NCBI RefSeq assembly: GCF_003018255.1
Contig: NZ_CP027440.1
DNA length: 64,000 nucleotides
Source: Escherichia coli
GTDB lineage: Bacteria; Pseudomonadota; Gammaproteobacteria; Enterobacterales; Enterobacteriaceae
Reading direction: 5' to 3' (one strand)
The notes beneath the pieces were generated by a model that was not told the DNA's origin, ran no database searches, and saw nothing but the letters and a program-made list of their open reading frames with translations. Positions 50,451 to 61,632 of this stretch are shown in pieces (position 1 is the stretch's first letter; each line of letters opens with the position of its first letter). The position numbers and the translations under genes are program-made.

Positions 50451-53400
50451 ATGAGTAAATTCCTGGACCGGTTTCGCTACTTCAAACAGAAGGGTGAAAC
50501 CTTTGCCGATGGGCATGGCCAGCTTCTCAATACCAACCGTGACTGGGAGGATGGATATCGCCAGCGTTGGCAGCATGACAAAATCGTCCGCTCTACCCAC
50601 GGGGTAAACTGCACCGGCTCCTGCAGCTGGAAAATCTACGTCAAAAACGGTCTGGTGACCTGGGAAACCCAGCAGACTGACTATCCGCGTACTCGCCCGG
50701 ACCTGCCAAACCATGAACCTCGCGGCTGCCCGCGCGGTGCCAGCTACTCCTGGTATCTTTACAGCGCCAACCGCCTGAAATACCCAATGATGCGCAAACG
50801 CCTGATGAAAATGTGGCGTGAAGCGAAGGCGCTGCATAGCGATCCGGTTGAGGCATGGGCTTCTATCATTGAAGACGCCGATAAAGCGAAAAGCTTTAAG
50901 CAGGCGCGTGGACGCGGTGGTTTTGTTCGTTCTTCCTGGCAGGAAGTGAATGAACTGATCGCCGCCTCTAACGTTTACACCATCAAAAACTACGGCCCGG
51001 ACCGCGTCGCTGGCTTCTCGCCAATTCCGGCAATGTCGATGGTTTCTTACGCATCGGGTGCACGCTATCTTTCGCTGATTGGCGGTACTTGCTTAAGCTT
51101 CTACGACTGGTACTGCGACCTGCCTCCTGCGTCTCCGCAAACCTGGGGCGAGCAAACTGACGTACCGGAATCTGCTGACTGGTACAACTCCAGCTACATC
51201 ATCGCCTGGGGTTCAAACGTGCCGCAGACGCGTACCCCGGATGCTCACTTCTTTACTGAAGTGCGTTACAAAGGCACCAAAACTGTTGCCGTCACACCAG
51301 ACTACGCTGAAATCGCCAAACTGTGCGATCTGTGGCTGGCACCGAAACAGGGCACCGATGCGGCAATGGCGCTGGCGATGGGCCACGTAATGCTGCGTGA
51401 ATTCCACCTCGACAACCCAAGCCAGTATTTCACCGACTATGTGCGCCGCTACACCGACATGCCGATGCTGGTGATGCTGGAAGAGCGCGACGGTTACTAC
51501 GCTGCGGGTCGTATGCTGCGCGCTGCTGATCTGGTGGATGCGCTGGGCCAGGAAAACAATCCGGAATGGAAAACTGTCGCCTTTAATACCAATGGCGAAA
51601 TGGTTGCGCCGAACGGTTCTATTGGCTTCCGCTGGGGCGAGAAGGGCAAATGGAATCTTGAGCAGCGCGACGGCAAAACTGGCGAAGAAACCGAGCTGCA
51701 ACTGAGCCTGCTGGGTAGCCAGGATGAGATCGCTGAGGTGGGCTTCCCGTACTTTGGTGGCGATGGCACGGAACACTTCAACAAAGTGGAACTGGAAAAC
51801 GTGCTGCTGCATAAGCTGCCGGTGAAACGCCTGCAACTGGCTGATGGCAGCACCGCCCTGGTGACCACCGTTTATGATCTGACGCTGGCAAACTACGGTC
51901 TGGAACGTGGCCTGAACGACGTTAACTGTGCAACCAGCTATGACGATGTGAAAGCTTACACCCCTGCCTGGGCAGAGCAGATTACCGGCGTTTCTCGCAG
52001 CCAGATTATTCGCATCGCCCGTGAATTTGCCGATAACGCTGATAAAACGCACGGTCGTTCGATGATTATCGTCGGCGCTGGGCTGAACCACTGGTATCAC
52101 CTGGACATGAACTATCGTGGTCTGATCAACATGCTGATTTTCTGCGGTTGTGTCGGTCAGAGCGGGGGCGGCTGGGCGCACTATGTAGGTCAGGAAAAAC
52201 TGCGTCCGCAAACCGGCTGGCAGCCGCTGGCGTTTGCCCTCGACTGGCAGCGTCCGGCGCGTCACATGAACAGTACCTCTTATTTCTATAACCACTCCAG
52301 CCAGTGGCGTTATGAAACCGTGACTGCGGAAGAACTGCTGTCGCCGATGGCGGATAAATCTCGCTATACCGGACACTTGATCGACTTTAACGTCCGTGCA
52401 GAACGCATGGGCTGGCTGCCGTCTGCGCCGCAGTTAGGCACTAACCCGCTGACTATCGCTCGCGAAGCAGAAAAAGCCGGGATGAATCCGGTGGACTATA
52501 CGGTGAAATCCCTGAAAGAGGGTTCTATCCGTTTCGCTGCGGAACAGCCGGAAAACGGTAAAAACCACCCGCGTAATCTGTTCATCTGGCGTTCTAACCT
52601 GCTCGGTTCTTCCGGTAAAGGTCATGAGTTTATGCTCAAGTACCTGCTGGGGACGGAGCACGGTATCCAGGGCAAAGACCTGGGGCAGCAGGGCGGCGTG
52701 AAGCCGGAAGAAGTGGACTGGCAGGACAACGGTCTGGAAGGCAAGCTGGATCTGGTGGTGACGCTGGACTTCCGTCTGTCGAGCACCTGTCTCTATTCCG
52801 ACATCATTTTGCCGACGGCGACCTGGTACGAAAAAGACGATATGAATACTTCGGATATGCATCCGTTTATTCACCCGCTGTCTGCGGCGGTCGATCCGGC
52901 CTGGGAAGCGAAAAGCGACTGGGAAATCTACAAAGCCATCGCGAAGAAATTCTCCGAAGTGTGCGTTGGTCATCTGGGTAAAGAAACTGACATCGTCACG
53001 CTGCCTATCCAGCACGACTCTGCCGCTGAACTGGCGCAACCGCTGGATGTGAAAGACTGGAAAAAAGGCGAATGCGACCTGATCCCAGGTAAAACTGCAC
53101 CGCACATTATGGTCGTAGAGCGCGATTATCCAGCAACTTACGAACGCTTTACCTCTATCGGCCCGCTGATGGAGAAAATCGGTAACGGCGGTAAAGGGAT
53201 TGCCTGGAACACCCAGAGCGAGATGGATCTGCTGCGTAAGCTCAACTACACCAAAGCGGAAGGTCCGGCAAAAGGCCAGCCGATGCTCAATACCGCAATT
53301 GATGCGGCAGAGATGATCCTGACGCTGGCACCGGAAACCAATGGTCAGGTAGCTGTAAAAGCCTGGGCTGCCCTGAGCGAGTTTACCGGCCGTGACCATA

Positions 53401-54194
53401 CGCATCTGGCGCTGAATAAAGAAGACGAGAAGATTCGCTTCCGCGATATTCAGGCACAGCCGCGCAAAATCATCTCCAGCCCGACATGGTCTGGCCTTGA
53501 AGATGAACACGTTTCTTACAACGCCGGTTACACCAACGTTCACGAGCTGATCCCGTGGCGTACGCTCTCTGGCCGTCAGCAGCTGTATCAGGATCACCAA
53601 TGGATGCGTGATTTCGGTGAAAGCCTGCTGGTTTATCGTCCGCCGATCGACACCCGTTCGGTGAAAGAAGTGATGGGCCAGAAATCCAATGGCAACCCGG
53701 AAAAAGCGCTCAACTTCCTGACGCCACACCAGAAGTGGGGTATCCACTCCACCTACAGCGACAACCTGCTGATGCTGACTTTAGGTCGCGGTGGTCCGGT
53801 GGTCTGGCTGAGTGAAGCCGATGCCAAAGAGCTGGGTATCGCCGATAACGACTGGATTGAAGTCTTCAACAGCAACGGTGCACTGACTGCCCGTGCGGTT
53901 GTCAGCCAGCGTGTTCCGGCAGGGATGACCATGATGTACCACGCGCAGGAACGTATCGTTAACCTGCCTGGTTCGGAAATTACCCAACAGCGTGGTGGTA
54001 TCCATAACTCGGTCACCCGTATCACGCCGAAACCGACGCATATGATCGGCGGCTATGCCCATCTGGCATATGGCTTTAACTACTACGGCACCGTAGGTTC
54101 TAACCGCGATGAGTTTGTTGTAGTGCGTAAGATGAAGAACATTGACTGGTTAGATGGCGAAGGCAATGACCAGGTACAGGAGAGCGTAAAATGA
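50451..54194 (+). CDS. narG: Respiratory nitrate reductase A, alpha subunit
   Basis: 1247-aa ORF MSKFLDRFRYFKQKGETFADGHGQ with the N-terminal Fe-S motif region (HGVNCTGSCSW). Confidence 0.97.
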   Translation: MSKFLDRFRYFKQKGETFADGHGQLLNTNRDWEDGYRQRWQHDKIVRSTHGVNCTGSCSWKIYVKNGLVTWETQQTDYPRTRPDLPNHEPRGCPRGASYSWYLYSANRLKYPMMRKRLMKMWREAKALHSDPVEAWASIIEDADKAKSFKQARGRGGFVRSSWQEVNELIAASNVYTIKNYGPDRVAGFSPIPAMSMVSYASGARYLSLIGGTCLSFYDWYCDLPPASPQTWGEQTDVPESADWYNSSYIIAWGSNVPQTRTPDAHFFTEVRYKGTKTVAVTPDYAEIAKLCDLWLAPKQGTDAAMALAMGHVMLREFHLDNPSQYFTDYVRRYTDMPMLVMLEERDGYYAAGRMLRAADLVDALGQENNPEWKTVAFNTNGEMVAPNGSIGFRWGEKGKWNLEQRDGKTGEETELQLSLLGSQDEIAEVGFPYFGGDGTEHFNKVELENVLLHKLPVKRLQLADGSTALVTTVYDLTLANYGLERGLNDVNCATSYDDVKAYTPAWAEQITGVSRSQIIRIAREFADNADKTHGRSMIIVGAGLNHWYHLDMNYRGLINMLIFCGCVGQSGGGWAHYVGQEKLRPQTGWQPLAFALDWQRPARHMNSTSYFYNHSSQWRYETVTAEELLSPMADKSRYTGHLIDFNVRAERMGWLPSAPQLGTNPLTIAREAEKAGMNPVDYTVKSLKEGSIRFAAEQPENGKNHPRNLFIWRSNLLGSSGKGHEFMLKYLLGTEHGIQGKDLGQQGGVKPEEVDWQDNGLEGKLDLVVTLDFRLSSTCLYSDIILPTATWYEKDDMNTSDMHPFIHPLSAAVDPAWEAKSDWEIYKAIAKKFSEVCVGHLGKETDIVTLPIQHDSAAELAQPLDVKDWKKGECDLIPGKTAPHIMVVERDYPATYERFTSIGPLMEKIGNGGKGIAWNTQSEMDLLRKLNYTKAEGPAKGQPMLNTAIDAAEMILTLAPETNGQVAVKAWAALSEFTGRDHTHLALNKEDEKIRFRDIQAQPRKIISSPTWSGLEDEHVSYNAGYTNVHELIPWRTLSGRQQLYQDHQWMRDFGESLLVYRPPIDTRSVKEVMGQKSNGNPEKALNFLTPHQKWGIHSTYSDNLLMLTLGRGGPVVWLSEADAKELGIADNDWIEVFNSNGALTARAVVSQRVPAGMTMMYHAQERIVNLPGSEITQQRGGIHNSVTRITPKPTHMIGGYAHLAYGFNYYGTVGSNRDEFVVVRKMKNIDWLDGEGNDQVQESVK

Positions 54195-55729
54195 AAATTC
54201 GTTCACAAGTCGGCATGGTGCTGAATCTCGATAAGTGCATCGGCTGCCACACCTGTTCAGTGACCTGTAAAAACGTCTGGACCAGCCGTGAAGGCGTGGA
54301 ATACGCGTGGTTCAACAACGTGGAAACCAAGCCGGGCCAGGGCTTCCCGACTGACTGGGAAAACCAGGAAAAATACAAAGGCGGCTGGATCCGTAAAATC
54401 AACGGCAAACTGCAGCCGCGCATGGGTAACCGTGCCATGCTGCTGGGTAAAATCTTCGCTAACCCGCATCTGCCGGGGATCGACGATTATTACGAGCCGT
54501 TCGATTTTGATTATCAGAACCTGCATACCGCGCCGGAAGGCAGCAAATCACAGCCGATTGCCCGTCCGCGTTCACTGATTACCGGCGAACGGATGGCGAA
54601 AATCGAAAAAGGGCCGAACTGGGAAGATGACCTGGGCGGTGAGTTTGACAAGCTGGCGAAAGACAAGAACTTCGACAACATCCAGAAGGCGATGTATAGC
54701 CAGTTCGAAAACACCTTCATGATGTATTTGCCGCGCCTGTGCGAACACTGTCTGAACCCGGCATGTGTGGCGACCTGCCCGAGCGGTGCGATTTACAAGC
54801 GTGAAGAAGATGGCATCGTCCTGATCGACCAGGATAAATGCCGTGGCTGGCGTATGTGCATCACCGGATGCCCGTACAAAAAAATCTACTTCAACTGGAA
54901 GAGCGGTAAGTCTGAGAAGTGCATCTTCTGCTATCCGCGTATTGAAGCCGGCCAGCCGACAATATGTTCAGAAACCTGTGTCGGTCGTATCCGTTATCTT
55001 GGCGTGCTGCTGTACGATGCCGACGCGATTGAACGTGCGGCAAGTACCGAGAACGAGAAAGATCTCTACCAGCGTCAGCTGGATGTGTTCCTCGATCCGA
55101 ACGATCCGAAAGTCATCGAGCAGGCGATTAAAGACGGTATTCCGCTGAGCGTTATTGAGGCTGCACAGCAGTCGCCAGTTTATAAAATGGCGATGGAATG
55201 GAAACTGGCGCTGCCGCTGCATCCGGAATATCGCACACTGCCGATGGTCTGGTACGTGCCGCCTCTGTCGCCGATTCAGTCTGCGGCAGACGCGGGTGAA
55301 CTGGGCAGCAACGGCATTCTGCCAGACGTCGAAAGCCTGCGTATTCCGGTACAGTATCTGGCGAATCTGCTGACCGCCGGTGATACCAAACCGGTACTGC
55401 GCGCGCTGAAACGTATGCTGGCGATGCGTCATTACAAACGTGCTGAAACCGTTGACGGTAAAGTCGATACCCGTGCGCTGGAAGAGGTCGGTCTGACCGA
55501 AGCCCAGGCACAGGAGATGTATCGTTATCTGGCTATTGCCAACTACGAAGATCGCTTTGTGGTGCCGAGCAGTCATCGTGAACTGGCGCGGGAAGCCTTC
55601 CCGGAGAAAAATGGCTGCGGCTTTACCTTTGGTGATGGCTGCCACGGTTCAGATACCAAATTCAATCTGTTTAACAGCCGTCGTATCGATGCCATCGACG
55701 TGACCAGTAAAACGGAGCCGCACCCATGA
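54191..55729 (+). CDS. narH: Respiratory nitrate reductase A, beta (iron-sulfur) subunit
   Basis: 512-aa ORF with several ferredoxin-type Cys clusters (CIGCHTCSVTC, CEHCLNPACVATCP); overlaps the narG stop. Confidence 0.97.
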   Translation: MKIRSQVGMVLNLDKCIGCHTCSVTCKNVWTSREGVEYAWFNNVETKPGQGFPTDWENQEKYKGGWIRKINGKLQPRMGNRAMLLGKIFANPHLPGIDDYYEPFDFDYQNLHTAPEGSKSQPIARPRSLITGERMAKIEKGPNWEDDLGGEFDKLAKDKNFDNIQKAMYSQFENTFMMYLPRLCEHCLNPACVATCPSGAIYKREEDGIVLIDQDKCRGWRMCITGCPYKKIYFNWKSGKSEKCIFCYPRIEAGQPTICSETCVGRIRYLGVLLYDADAIERAASTENEKDLYQRQLDVFLDPNDPKVIEQAIKDGIPLSVIEAAQQSPVYKMAMEWKLALPLHPEYRTLPMVWYVPPLSPIQSAADAGELGSNGILPDVESLRIPVQYLANLLTAGDTKPVLRALKRMLAMRHYKRAETVDGKVDTRALEEVGLTEAQAQEMYRYLAIANYEDRFVVPSSHRELAREAFPEKNGCGFTFGDGCHGSDTKFNLFNSRRIDAIDVTSKTEPHP

Positions 55730-56436
55730 TCGAACTCGTGATTGTATCGCGTCTCCTTGAATATCCGGATGCTGCCTTATGGCAGCATCAACAAGAGATG
55801 TTTGAGGCGATTGCCGCGTCGAAAAATCTGCCAAAAGAGGATGCCCATGCGCTGGGCATTTTCCTGCGCGATTTAACGACGATGGATCCGCTCGATGCCC
55901 AGGCGCAGTACAGCGAACTGTTCGACCGTGGCCGCGCCACGTCACTGTTGCTATTTGAACATGTTCACGGTGAATCCCGTGACCGCGGCCAGGCGATGGT
56001 GGATCTGCTGGCGCAGTACGAGCAGCACGGCTTGCAGTTAAACAGCCGCGAATTGCCCGACCATCTGCCGCTGTATCTGGAGTACCTGGCGCAGCTGCCG
56101 CAAAGCGAAGCCGTGGAGGGTTTGAAAGATATTGCGCCGATTCTGGCATTGCTGAGCGCGCGTCTGCAACAGCGTGAAAGCCGTTATGCCGTGCTGTTTG
56201 ATCTGCTGCTGAAACTGGCGAATACCGCCATCGACAGCGACAAAGTGGCGGAAAAAATTGCCGATGAAGCGCGCGACGATACGCCGCAGGCGCTGGATGC
56301 AGTCTGGGAAGAAGAGCAGGTTAAATTCTTTGCTGAAAAAGGCTGCGGTGATTCAGCAATCACTGCTCATCAGCGTCGCTTTGCCGGTGCCGTCGCGCCG
56401 CAATATCTGAATATCACCACCGGAGGACAGCACTAA
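55726..56436 (+). CDS. narJ: NarJ, nitrate reductase assembly chaperone
   Basis: 236-aa ORF overlapping the narH stop. Confidence 0.95.
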   Translation: MIELVIVSRLLEYPDAALWQHQQEMFEAIAASKNLPKEDAHALGIFLRDLTTMDPLDAQAQYSELFDRGRATSLLLFEHVHGESRDRGQAMVDLLAQYEQHGLQLNSRELPDHLPLYLEYLAQLPQSEAVEGLKDIAPILALLSARLQQRESRYAVLFDLLLKLANTAIDSDKVAEKIADEARDDTPQALDAVWEEEQVKFFAEKGCGDSAITAHQRRFAGAVAPQYLNITTGGQH

Positions 56437-57113
56437 TGCAATTCCTGAATATGTTCTTCTTTGATATCTACCCGTACATAGCCGGGGCGGTCTTCCTGAT
56501 TGGTAGCTGGCTGCGTTATGACTACGGGCAGTACACCTGGCGCGCGGCGTCCAGCCAGATGCTGGATCGCAAAGGGATGAACCTGGCGTCGAACCTGTTC
56601 CATATCGGTATTCTGGGGATTTTTGTTGGTCACTTCTTCGGTATGCTGACGCCGCACTGGATGTATGAAGCCTGGCTGCCGATTGAAGTGAAACAGAAAA
56701 TGGCGATGTTTGCTGGTGGTGCCAGCGGTGTGCTGTGTCTGATTGGCGGCGTGCTGTTGCTGAAGCGTCGTCTGTTCAGCCCACGCGTGCGTGCAACCAC
56801 TACCGGAGCGGATATCCTGATCCTGTCGCTGCTCGTTATCCAGTGCGCGCTGGGCCTGTTGACCATTCCGTTCTCCGCCCAACATATGGACGGTAGCGAG
56901 ATGATGAAACTGGTTGGCTGGGCGCAGTCGGTAGTGACCTTCCACGGTGGCGCTTCTCAACACCTTGATGGTGTGGCGTTTATCTTCCGTCTGCACCTGG
57001 TGTTGGGGATGACGTTATTCCTGCTGTTCCCGTTCTCGCGTCTGGTGCACATCTGGAGCGTACCGGTGGAGTATCTGACACGTAAGTATCAGCTGGTGCG
57101 CGCTCGTCACTAA
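56436..57113 (+). CDS. narI: Respiratory nitrate reductase A, gamma (cytochrome b) subunit
   Basis: 225-aa membrane protein [35 protein letters not shown]; 1-nt overlap with narJ. Confidence 0.97.
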   Translation: MQFLNMFFFDIYPYIAGAVFLIGSWLRYDYGQYTWRAASSQMLDRKGMNLASNLFHIGILGIFVGHFFGMLTPHWMYEAWLPIEVKQKMAMFAGGASGVLCLIGGVLLLKRRLFSPRVRATTTGADILILSLLVIQCALGLLTIPFSAQHMDGSEMMKLVGWAQSVVTFHGGASQHLDGVAFIFRLHLVLGMTLFLLFPFSRLVHIWSVPVEYLTRKYQLVRARH

Positions 57114-57132
57114 GCGAATTTTAGTTTGCATA

Positions 57133-57158
57133 GACCCCGCTTCGGCGGGGTTTTTTTA
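57133..57158 (+). terminator. Rho-independent terminator of narGHJI
   Basis: Hairpin ACCCCGC-TTCG-GCGGGGT followed by TTTTTTT. Confidence 0.85.
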
Positions 57159-57293
57159 TGGGCACGGTACGGGGTGAGTTGTCGGATGCGCTTCGCTTAT
57201 CCGACCTACAGGGGAGGATATTGTAGGTCCGGTAAACGCGGTGCCATTGGGCAGAATTAGCTCGGAGTAACAGGTTTTGAGTATTTACAGGAA

Positions 57294-57475
57294 GTGATGG
57301 TGGTGGAGGAAGGATTACTCAGCGCTGCGCGCTTCGCCCTTCGGGTCGTTGCCTGCGGCCACGCTCTCTCGCTGGCGCTCGAGTCGAACCCTGGTCGAAG
57401 CTTCTCATCCTTCCCCGCTTGGGCAGAATATTTAATCGCGGATTCGTTTGAGAGTTCACGGACTTTTGAAAGTGA
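57294..57475 (-). repeat. tyrT-distal 178-bp repeat unit (tpr-type repeat) carrying a degenerate tRNA 3'-end copy
   Basis: AGTGATGGTGGTGG(A/G)GGAAGGATT occurs at 57293 and again at 57471 (178 nt apart); the downstream copy is the true 3' end of the first tRNA-Tyr gene. Confidence 0.6.
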
Positions 57476-57560
<85 letters not shown>

Positions 57561-57594
57561 AGGGGTAATTCAAATTTTGAGGTAATGCTTGAGA

Positions 57595-57679
<85 letters not shown>

Positions 57680-57713
57680 AGGGGTAATTCAAATTTTGAG
57701 GTAATGCTTGAGA

Positions 57714-57798
<85 letters not shown>

Positions 57799-57844
57799 AC
57801 GGGGTAATGCTTTTTACTAGCCTGCTCCCTTATCGGGAAGCGGG

Positions 57845-57880
57845 GCGCATCATATCAAATGACGCGCCGCTGTAAAGTGT
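57845..57880 (-). promoter_or_regulatory. tyrT promoter (stringently controlled, sigma-70)
   Basis: On the minus strand: -35 TTTACA (57871..57876), -10 TATGATG (57851..57857) and the GC-rich discriminator CGCCCC, matching the classic tyrT promoter sequence as I remember it. Confidence 0.8.
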
Positions 57881-57957
57881 TACGTTGAGAAAAATGAACT
57901 GGTTGCGTAATTTTCACCCGTAACGGATTAAAGGTAACCAGTTATTTTTGCTGGCGA

Positions 57958-58800
57958 TTAAAGAATAATCGTCCGATTACCGTAAACAAAGACGCGCTGC
58001 GCCAGTACTTTGTAGAGTGCGCGACTTAAGACGTTTTTCTCGACGTCACGACCTGCGCGCATCATATCTTCAGCTGTGTAGGTATGATCGACATGAATAA
58101 CGTCCTGCATGATGATTGGACCTTCGTCCAGATTGTCATTCACATAGTGAGCGGTAGCGCCAATAATCTTCACGCCACGTTCATAGGCCTGGTGATAAGG
58201 ACGTGCGCCGATAAACGCTGGCAGGAATGAATGGTGAATATTGATGATCTTATTCGGGAAGCGTGCCACAAATTCTGGCGTTAATACCCGCATATACTTC
58301 GCCAGCACCACGTAGTCAGGCTGATAAGCATCAATGGCATCCGCCATCTTTTGATCGTGCTCGTTGCGGCTTAACCCTTCATGGCTTACCAGCTCAAACG
58401 GAATATCAAAACGCTCAACCAGAGAACGTAAAGTATCGTGGTTACCAATAACTGCCGCGATTTCGACATCCAGGCCGCCGTAATTGGCTTTCATCAACAA
58501 ATCGCCAAGGCAATGCGCCTCTTTAGTGACCAGAATCACTATCCGGCGACGACCGGCAGGATTCAGCTCACGTACGGAGCCTTCTGGCAATGCGCTGTCG
58601 AGATCCGCCAGCAGGGTGGAATCATTAAAAATTCCTTCCAGTTCCGTGCGCATAAAAAAGCGCCCGGTACGGTGATCAACAAATTCATTGTTCTGTACGA
58701 TATTTAACTCGTGCTTGTAGCAAATATTGGTAATACGTGCGATCAGACCTTTTTGGTCCGGACAAATAGTACGCAGAACTTTACGTTGGAGTGAATGCAT
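57958..58800 (-). CDS. purU: Formyltetrahydrofolate deformylase
   Basis: 280-aa ORF with ACT-like N-terminus and formyltransferase domain. Confidence 0.95.
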   Translation of the reverse strand: MHSLQRKVLRTICPDQKGLIARITNICYKHELNIVQNNEFVDHRTGRFFMRTELEGIFNDSTLLADLDSALPEGSVRELNPAGRRRIVILVTKEAHCLGDLLMKANYGGLDVEIAAVIGNHDTLRSLVERFDIPFELVSHEGLSRNEHDQKMADAIDAYQPDYVVLAKYMRVLTPEFVARFPNKIINIHHSFLPAFIGARPYHQAYERGVKIIGATAHYVNDNLDEGPIIMQDVIHVDHTYTAEDMMRAGRDVEKNVLSRALYKVLAQRVFVYGNRTIIL

Positions 58801-58849
58801 TGCTGGAAAAACCTTGTTGAGAGTGTTTGCTAAACCGTACCGTCAACCA

Positions 58850-59308
58850 TTATTGGCCGCAGCACTTTTTAAATTTTTTACCTGAACCACAAGGGCAGGG
58901 ATCGTTGCGGCCAAACTGCGGACGTGTACCGTCAATATAGTACCATTGACCGTTTTCTTTCAAAAATCGCGAACGTTCAATTATTGCACCTGTTTTGCTA
59001 CCTTCGGTAAATCGCGCAACAAAACTGACAAATCCGATATTGTCGACGTCCTGCCAACAATGTTCAAATACGGTCAATCCCAACCATTCAGTATGCGCAA
59101 ATCCGGCAATCAATTCGGCACGTAACGTCGCCGCTCCACAAGATGGATGCCAGGTCTTTATTAAATAATCTGCGTCTTTCATCACAAAAGCGCAGTAACG
59201 CGAACGCATGAGATGTTCTGGATCAGGTGCAACCTTTTCACCAGACACATAAGGGTGGCAACATAGGCTATACTCGACAGCACTACCACAGGGACAAAGC
59301 TGAGACAC
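58850..59308 (-). CDS. ychJ: YchJ, UPF0225/SEC-C motif protein
   Basis: 152 aa assuming a GTG start ([19 protein letters not shown]...); Cys-rich motifs at both termini ([15 protein letters not shown]). Confidence 0.8.
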   Translation of the reverse strand: MSQLCPCGSAVEYSLCCHPYVSGEKVAPDPEHLMRSRYCAFVMKDADYLIKTWHPSCGAATLRAELIAGFAHTEWLGLTVFEHCWQDVDNIGFVSFVARFTEGSKTGAIIERSRFLKENGQWYYIDGTRPQFGRNDPCPCGSGKKFKKCCGQ

Positions 59309-59420
59309 AAATAATCTCCCTGGAAACAATAACGGCGTATTAACCGCCTGAGTAGCACTATGTTAACCGAGCAGTAGCGATGTTGCTACGATTGCATTCC
59401 AGGGGAATCTTGCGGGAATA

Positions 59421-60326
59421 ATGAGAAAGATAAAAATAGGGCTGGCGCTGGGATCTGGCGCGGCGAGAGGTTGGTCGCATATTGGCGTTATTAATGCGCT
59501 AAAAAAAGTGGGTATTGAAATTGATATCGTTGCAGGATGTTCAATTGGTTCGCTGGTGGGCGCTGCCTATGCATGCGATCGACTATCTGCGCTGGAAGAT
59601 TGGGTGACCTCTTTCAGTTATTGGGATGTTTTACGCCTGATGGATCTCTCCTGGCAGCGCGGTGGGTTACTGCGCGGCGAGCGTGTCTTCAATCAATATC
59701 GCGAAATAATGCCGGAAACAGAGATCGAAAATTGTTCCCGTCGCTTCGCGGCTGTTGCCACCAATTTAAGTACTGGGCGCGAATTATGGTTTACTGAAGG
59801 CGATCTCCATCTTGCTATTCGTGCATCATGCAGTATTCCAGGACTAATGGCACCCGTTGCGCATAACGGCTACTGGCTGGTTGATGGCGCTGTAGTTAAC
59901 CCAATTCCTATTTCCCTCACGCGTGCATTGGGGGCTGATATTGTGATAGCGGTCGACCTGCAGCACGATGCTCATTTGATGCAACAAGATTTGCTCTCCT
60001 TTAATGTCAGTGAAGAAAATAGCGAGAATGGTGATTCTCTGCCGTGGCATGCGCGTCTGAAAGAAAGGTTAGGCAGCATAACGACACGTCGGGCGGTGAC
60101 AGCGCCAACGGCAACAGAGATTATGACCACTTCTATCCAGGTGCTGGAGAACCGCCTTAAAAGGAACCGCATGGCAGGTGATCCGCCCGATATTCTGATT
60201 CAACCTGTTTGCCCGCAAATATCTACGCTTGATTTCCATCGCGCGCACGCTGCCATTGCGGCCGGGCAGCTGGCAGTGGAAAAGAAAATGGACGAACTTT
60301 TGCCGTTGGTACGCACCAACATTTGA
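59421..60326 (+). CDS. rssA: RssA, patatin-like phospholipase
   Basis: 301-aa ORF with patatin motifs GSGAARG and the GCSIGS serine lipase motif. Confidence 0.9.
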   Translation: MRKIKIGLALGSGAARGWSHIGVINALKKVGIEIDIVAGCSIGSLVGAAYACDRLSALEDWVTSFSYWDVLRLMDLSWQRGGLLRGERVFNQYREIMPETEIENCSRRFAAVATNLSTGRELWFTEGDLHLAIRASCSIPGLMAPVAHNGYWLVDGAVVNPIPISLTRALGADIVIAVDLQHDAHLMQQDLLSFNVSEENSENGDSLPWHARLKERLGSITTRRAVTAPTATEIMTTSIQVLENRLKRNRMAGDPPDILIQPVCPQISTLDFHRAHAAIAAGQLAVEKKMDELLPLVRTNI

Positions 60327-60417
60327 CCAGAATTTTTATCTACACTTAAGTTAATTCTGACAGGCGCAGGTGGCAATAGCATGCCACTATTGAGTAAAGC
60401 CAGTCAGGGGAGAGAAC

Positions 60418-61431
60418 ATGACGCAGCCATTGGTCGGAAAACAGATTCTCATTGTTGAAGATGAGCAGGTATTTCGCTCGCTTCTGGATTCGTGGTTTTC
60501 CTCATTGGGAGCGACAACGGTACTGGCGGCTGATGGGGTGGATGCCCTTGAGTTGCTGGGAGGTTTCACTCCAGACCTGATGATATGTGATATCGCGATG
60601 CCACGAATGAACGGGCTTAAACTGCTGGAGCATATACGTAACAGAGGCGACCAGACCCCAGTTCTGGTGATATCTGCCACTGAAAATATGGCAGATATTG
60701 CCAAAGCGTTACGTCTGGGCGTTGAAGATGTTTTGCTGAAACCAGTTAAAGATCTGAATCGCTTGCGCGAGATGGTTTTTGCCTGTCTCTATCCCAGCAT
60801 GTTTAATTCCCGCGTTGAGGAAGAGGAAAGGCTTTTTCGCGACTGGGATGCAATGGTTGATAACCCTGCCGCAGCGGCGAAATTATTACAGGAATTGCAA
60901 CCGCCGGTTCAGCAGGTGATTTCCCATTGCCGGGTTAATTATCGTCAATTGGTTGCCGCGGACAAACCCGGCCTGGTGCTTGATATTGCCGCACTTTCGG
61001 AAAACGATCTGGCATTTTACTGCCTTGATGTCACCCGAGCTGGACATAATGGCGTACTTGCTGCCTTGTTATTACGCGCATTGTTTAACGGATTATTACA
61101 GGAACAGCTTGCACACCAAAATCAACGTTTGCCAGAGTTGGGCGCGTTATTGAAGCAGGTAAACCATTTACTCCGTCAGGCCAATCTGCCGGGGCAGTTT
61201 CCGCTATTAGTTGGCTATTATCATCGCGAACTGAAAAATCTCATTCTGGTTTCTGCGGGTCTGAATGCGACGTTAAATACCGGCGAACACCAGGTGCAAA
61301 TCAGTAATGGTGTTCCGTTAGGCACTTTAGGTAACGCTTATTTGAATCAATTGAGCCAGCGATGCGATGCCTGGCAATGCCAAATATGGGGAACCGGTGG
61401 TCGGCTTCGCTTGATGTTGTCTGCAGAATGA
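60418..61431 (+). CDS. rssB: RssB, RpoS-degradation adaptor response regulator
   Basis: 337-aa ORF MTQPLVGKQILIVEDEQVFRSLL with a receiver domain and PP2C-like C-terminal domain. Confidence 0.95.
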   Translation: MTQPLVGKQILIVEDEQVFRSLLDSWFSSLGATTVLAADGVDALELLGGFTPDLMICDIAMPRMNGLKLLEHIRNRGDQTPVLVISATENMADIAKALRLGVEDVLLKPVKDLNRLREMVFACLYPSMFNSRVEEEERLFRDWDAMVDNPAAAAKLLQELQPPVQQVISHCRVNYRQLVAADKPGLVLDIAALSENDLAFYCLDVTRAGHNGVLAALLLRALFNGLLQEQLAHQNQRLPELGALLKQVNHLLRQANLPGQFPLLVGYYHRELKNLILVSAGLNATLNTGEHQVQISNGVPLGTLGNAYLNQLSQRCDAWQCQIWGTGGRLRLMLSAE

Positions 61432-61632
61432 GCAAACGATAACGCGGGCTAAATTTGCATTACCTGCTAATGTCGGCTGGTGGTACTATCGTCGCCATTC
61501 GTATAAGTAATTGTCTTAATTATGCTAACTCGCCTCCTTTTCAGAACTTAGCCCCTTCGGGGTGCTGATATACTGGGATGCGATACAGAAATATGAACAC
61601 GTTCAAAACACGAACAGTCCAGGAGAATTTAA

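Noticed and set aside
51213-53747. Long minus-strand ORFs (387 aa and 437 aa) antisense to narG
   Set aside because: They lie entirely inside the well-supported narG coding region on the opposite strand, have no recognisable domains or motifs, and are typical of antisense open frames in GC-biased genes.
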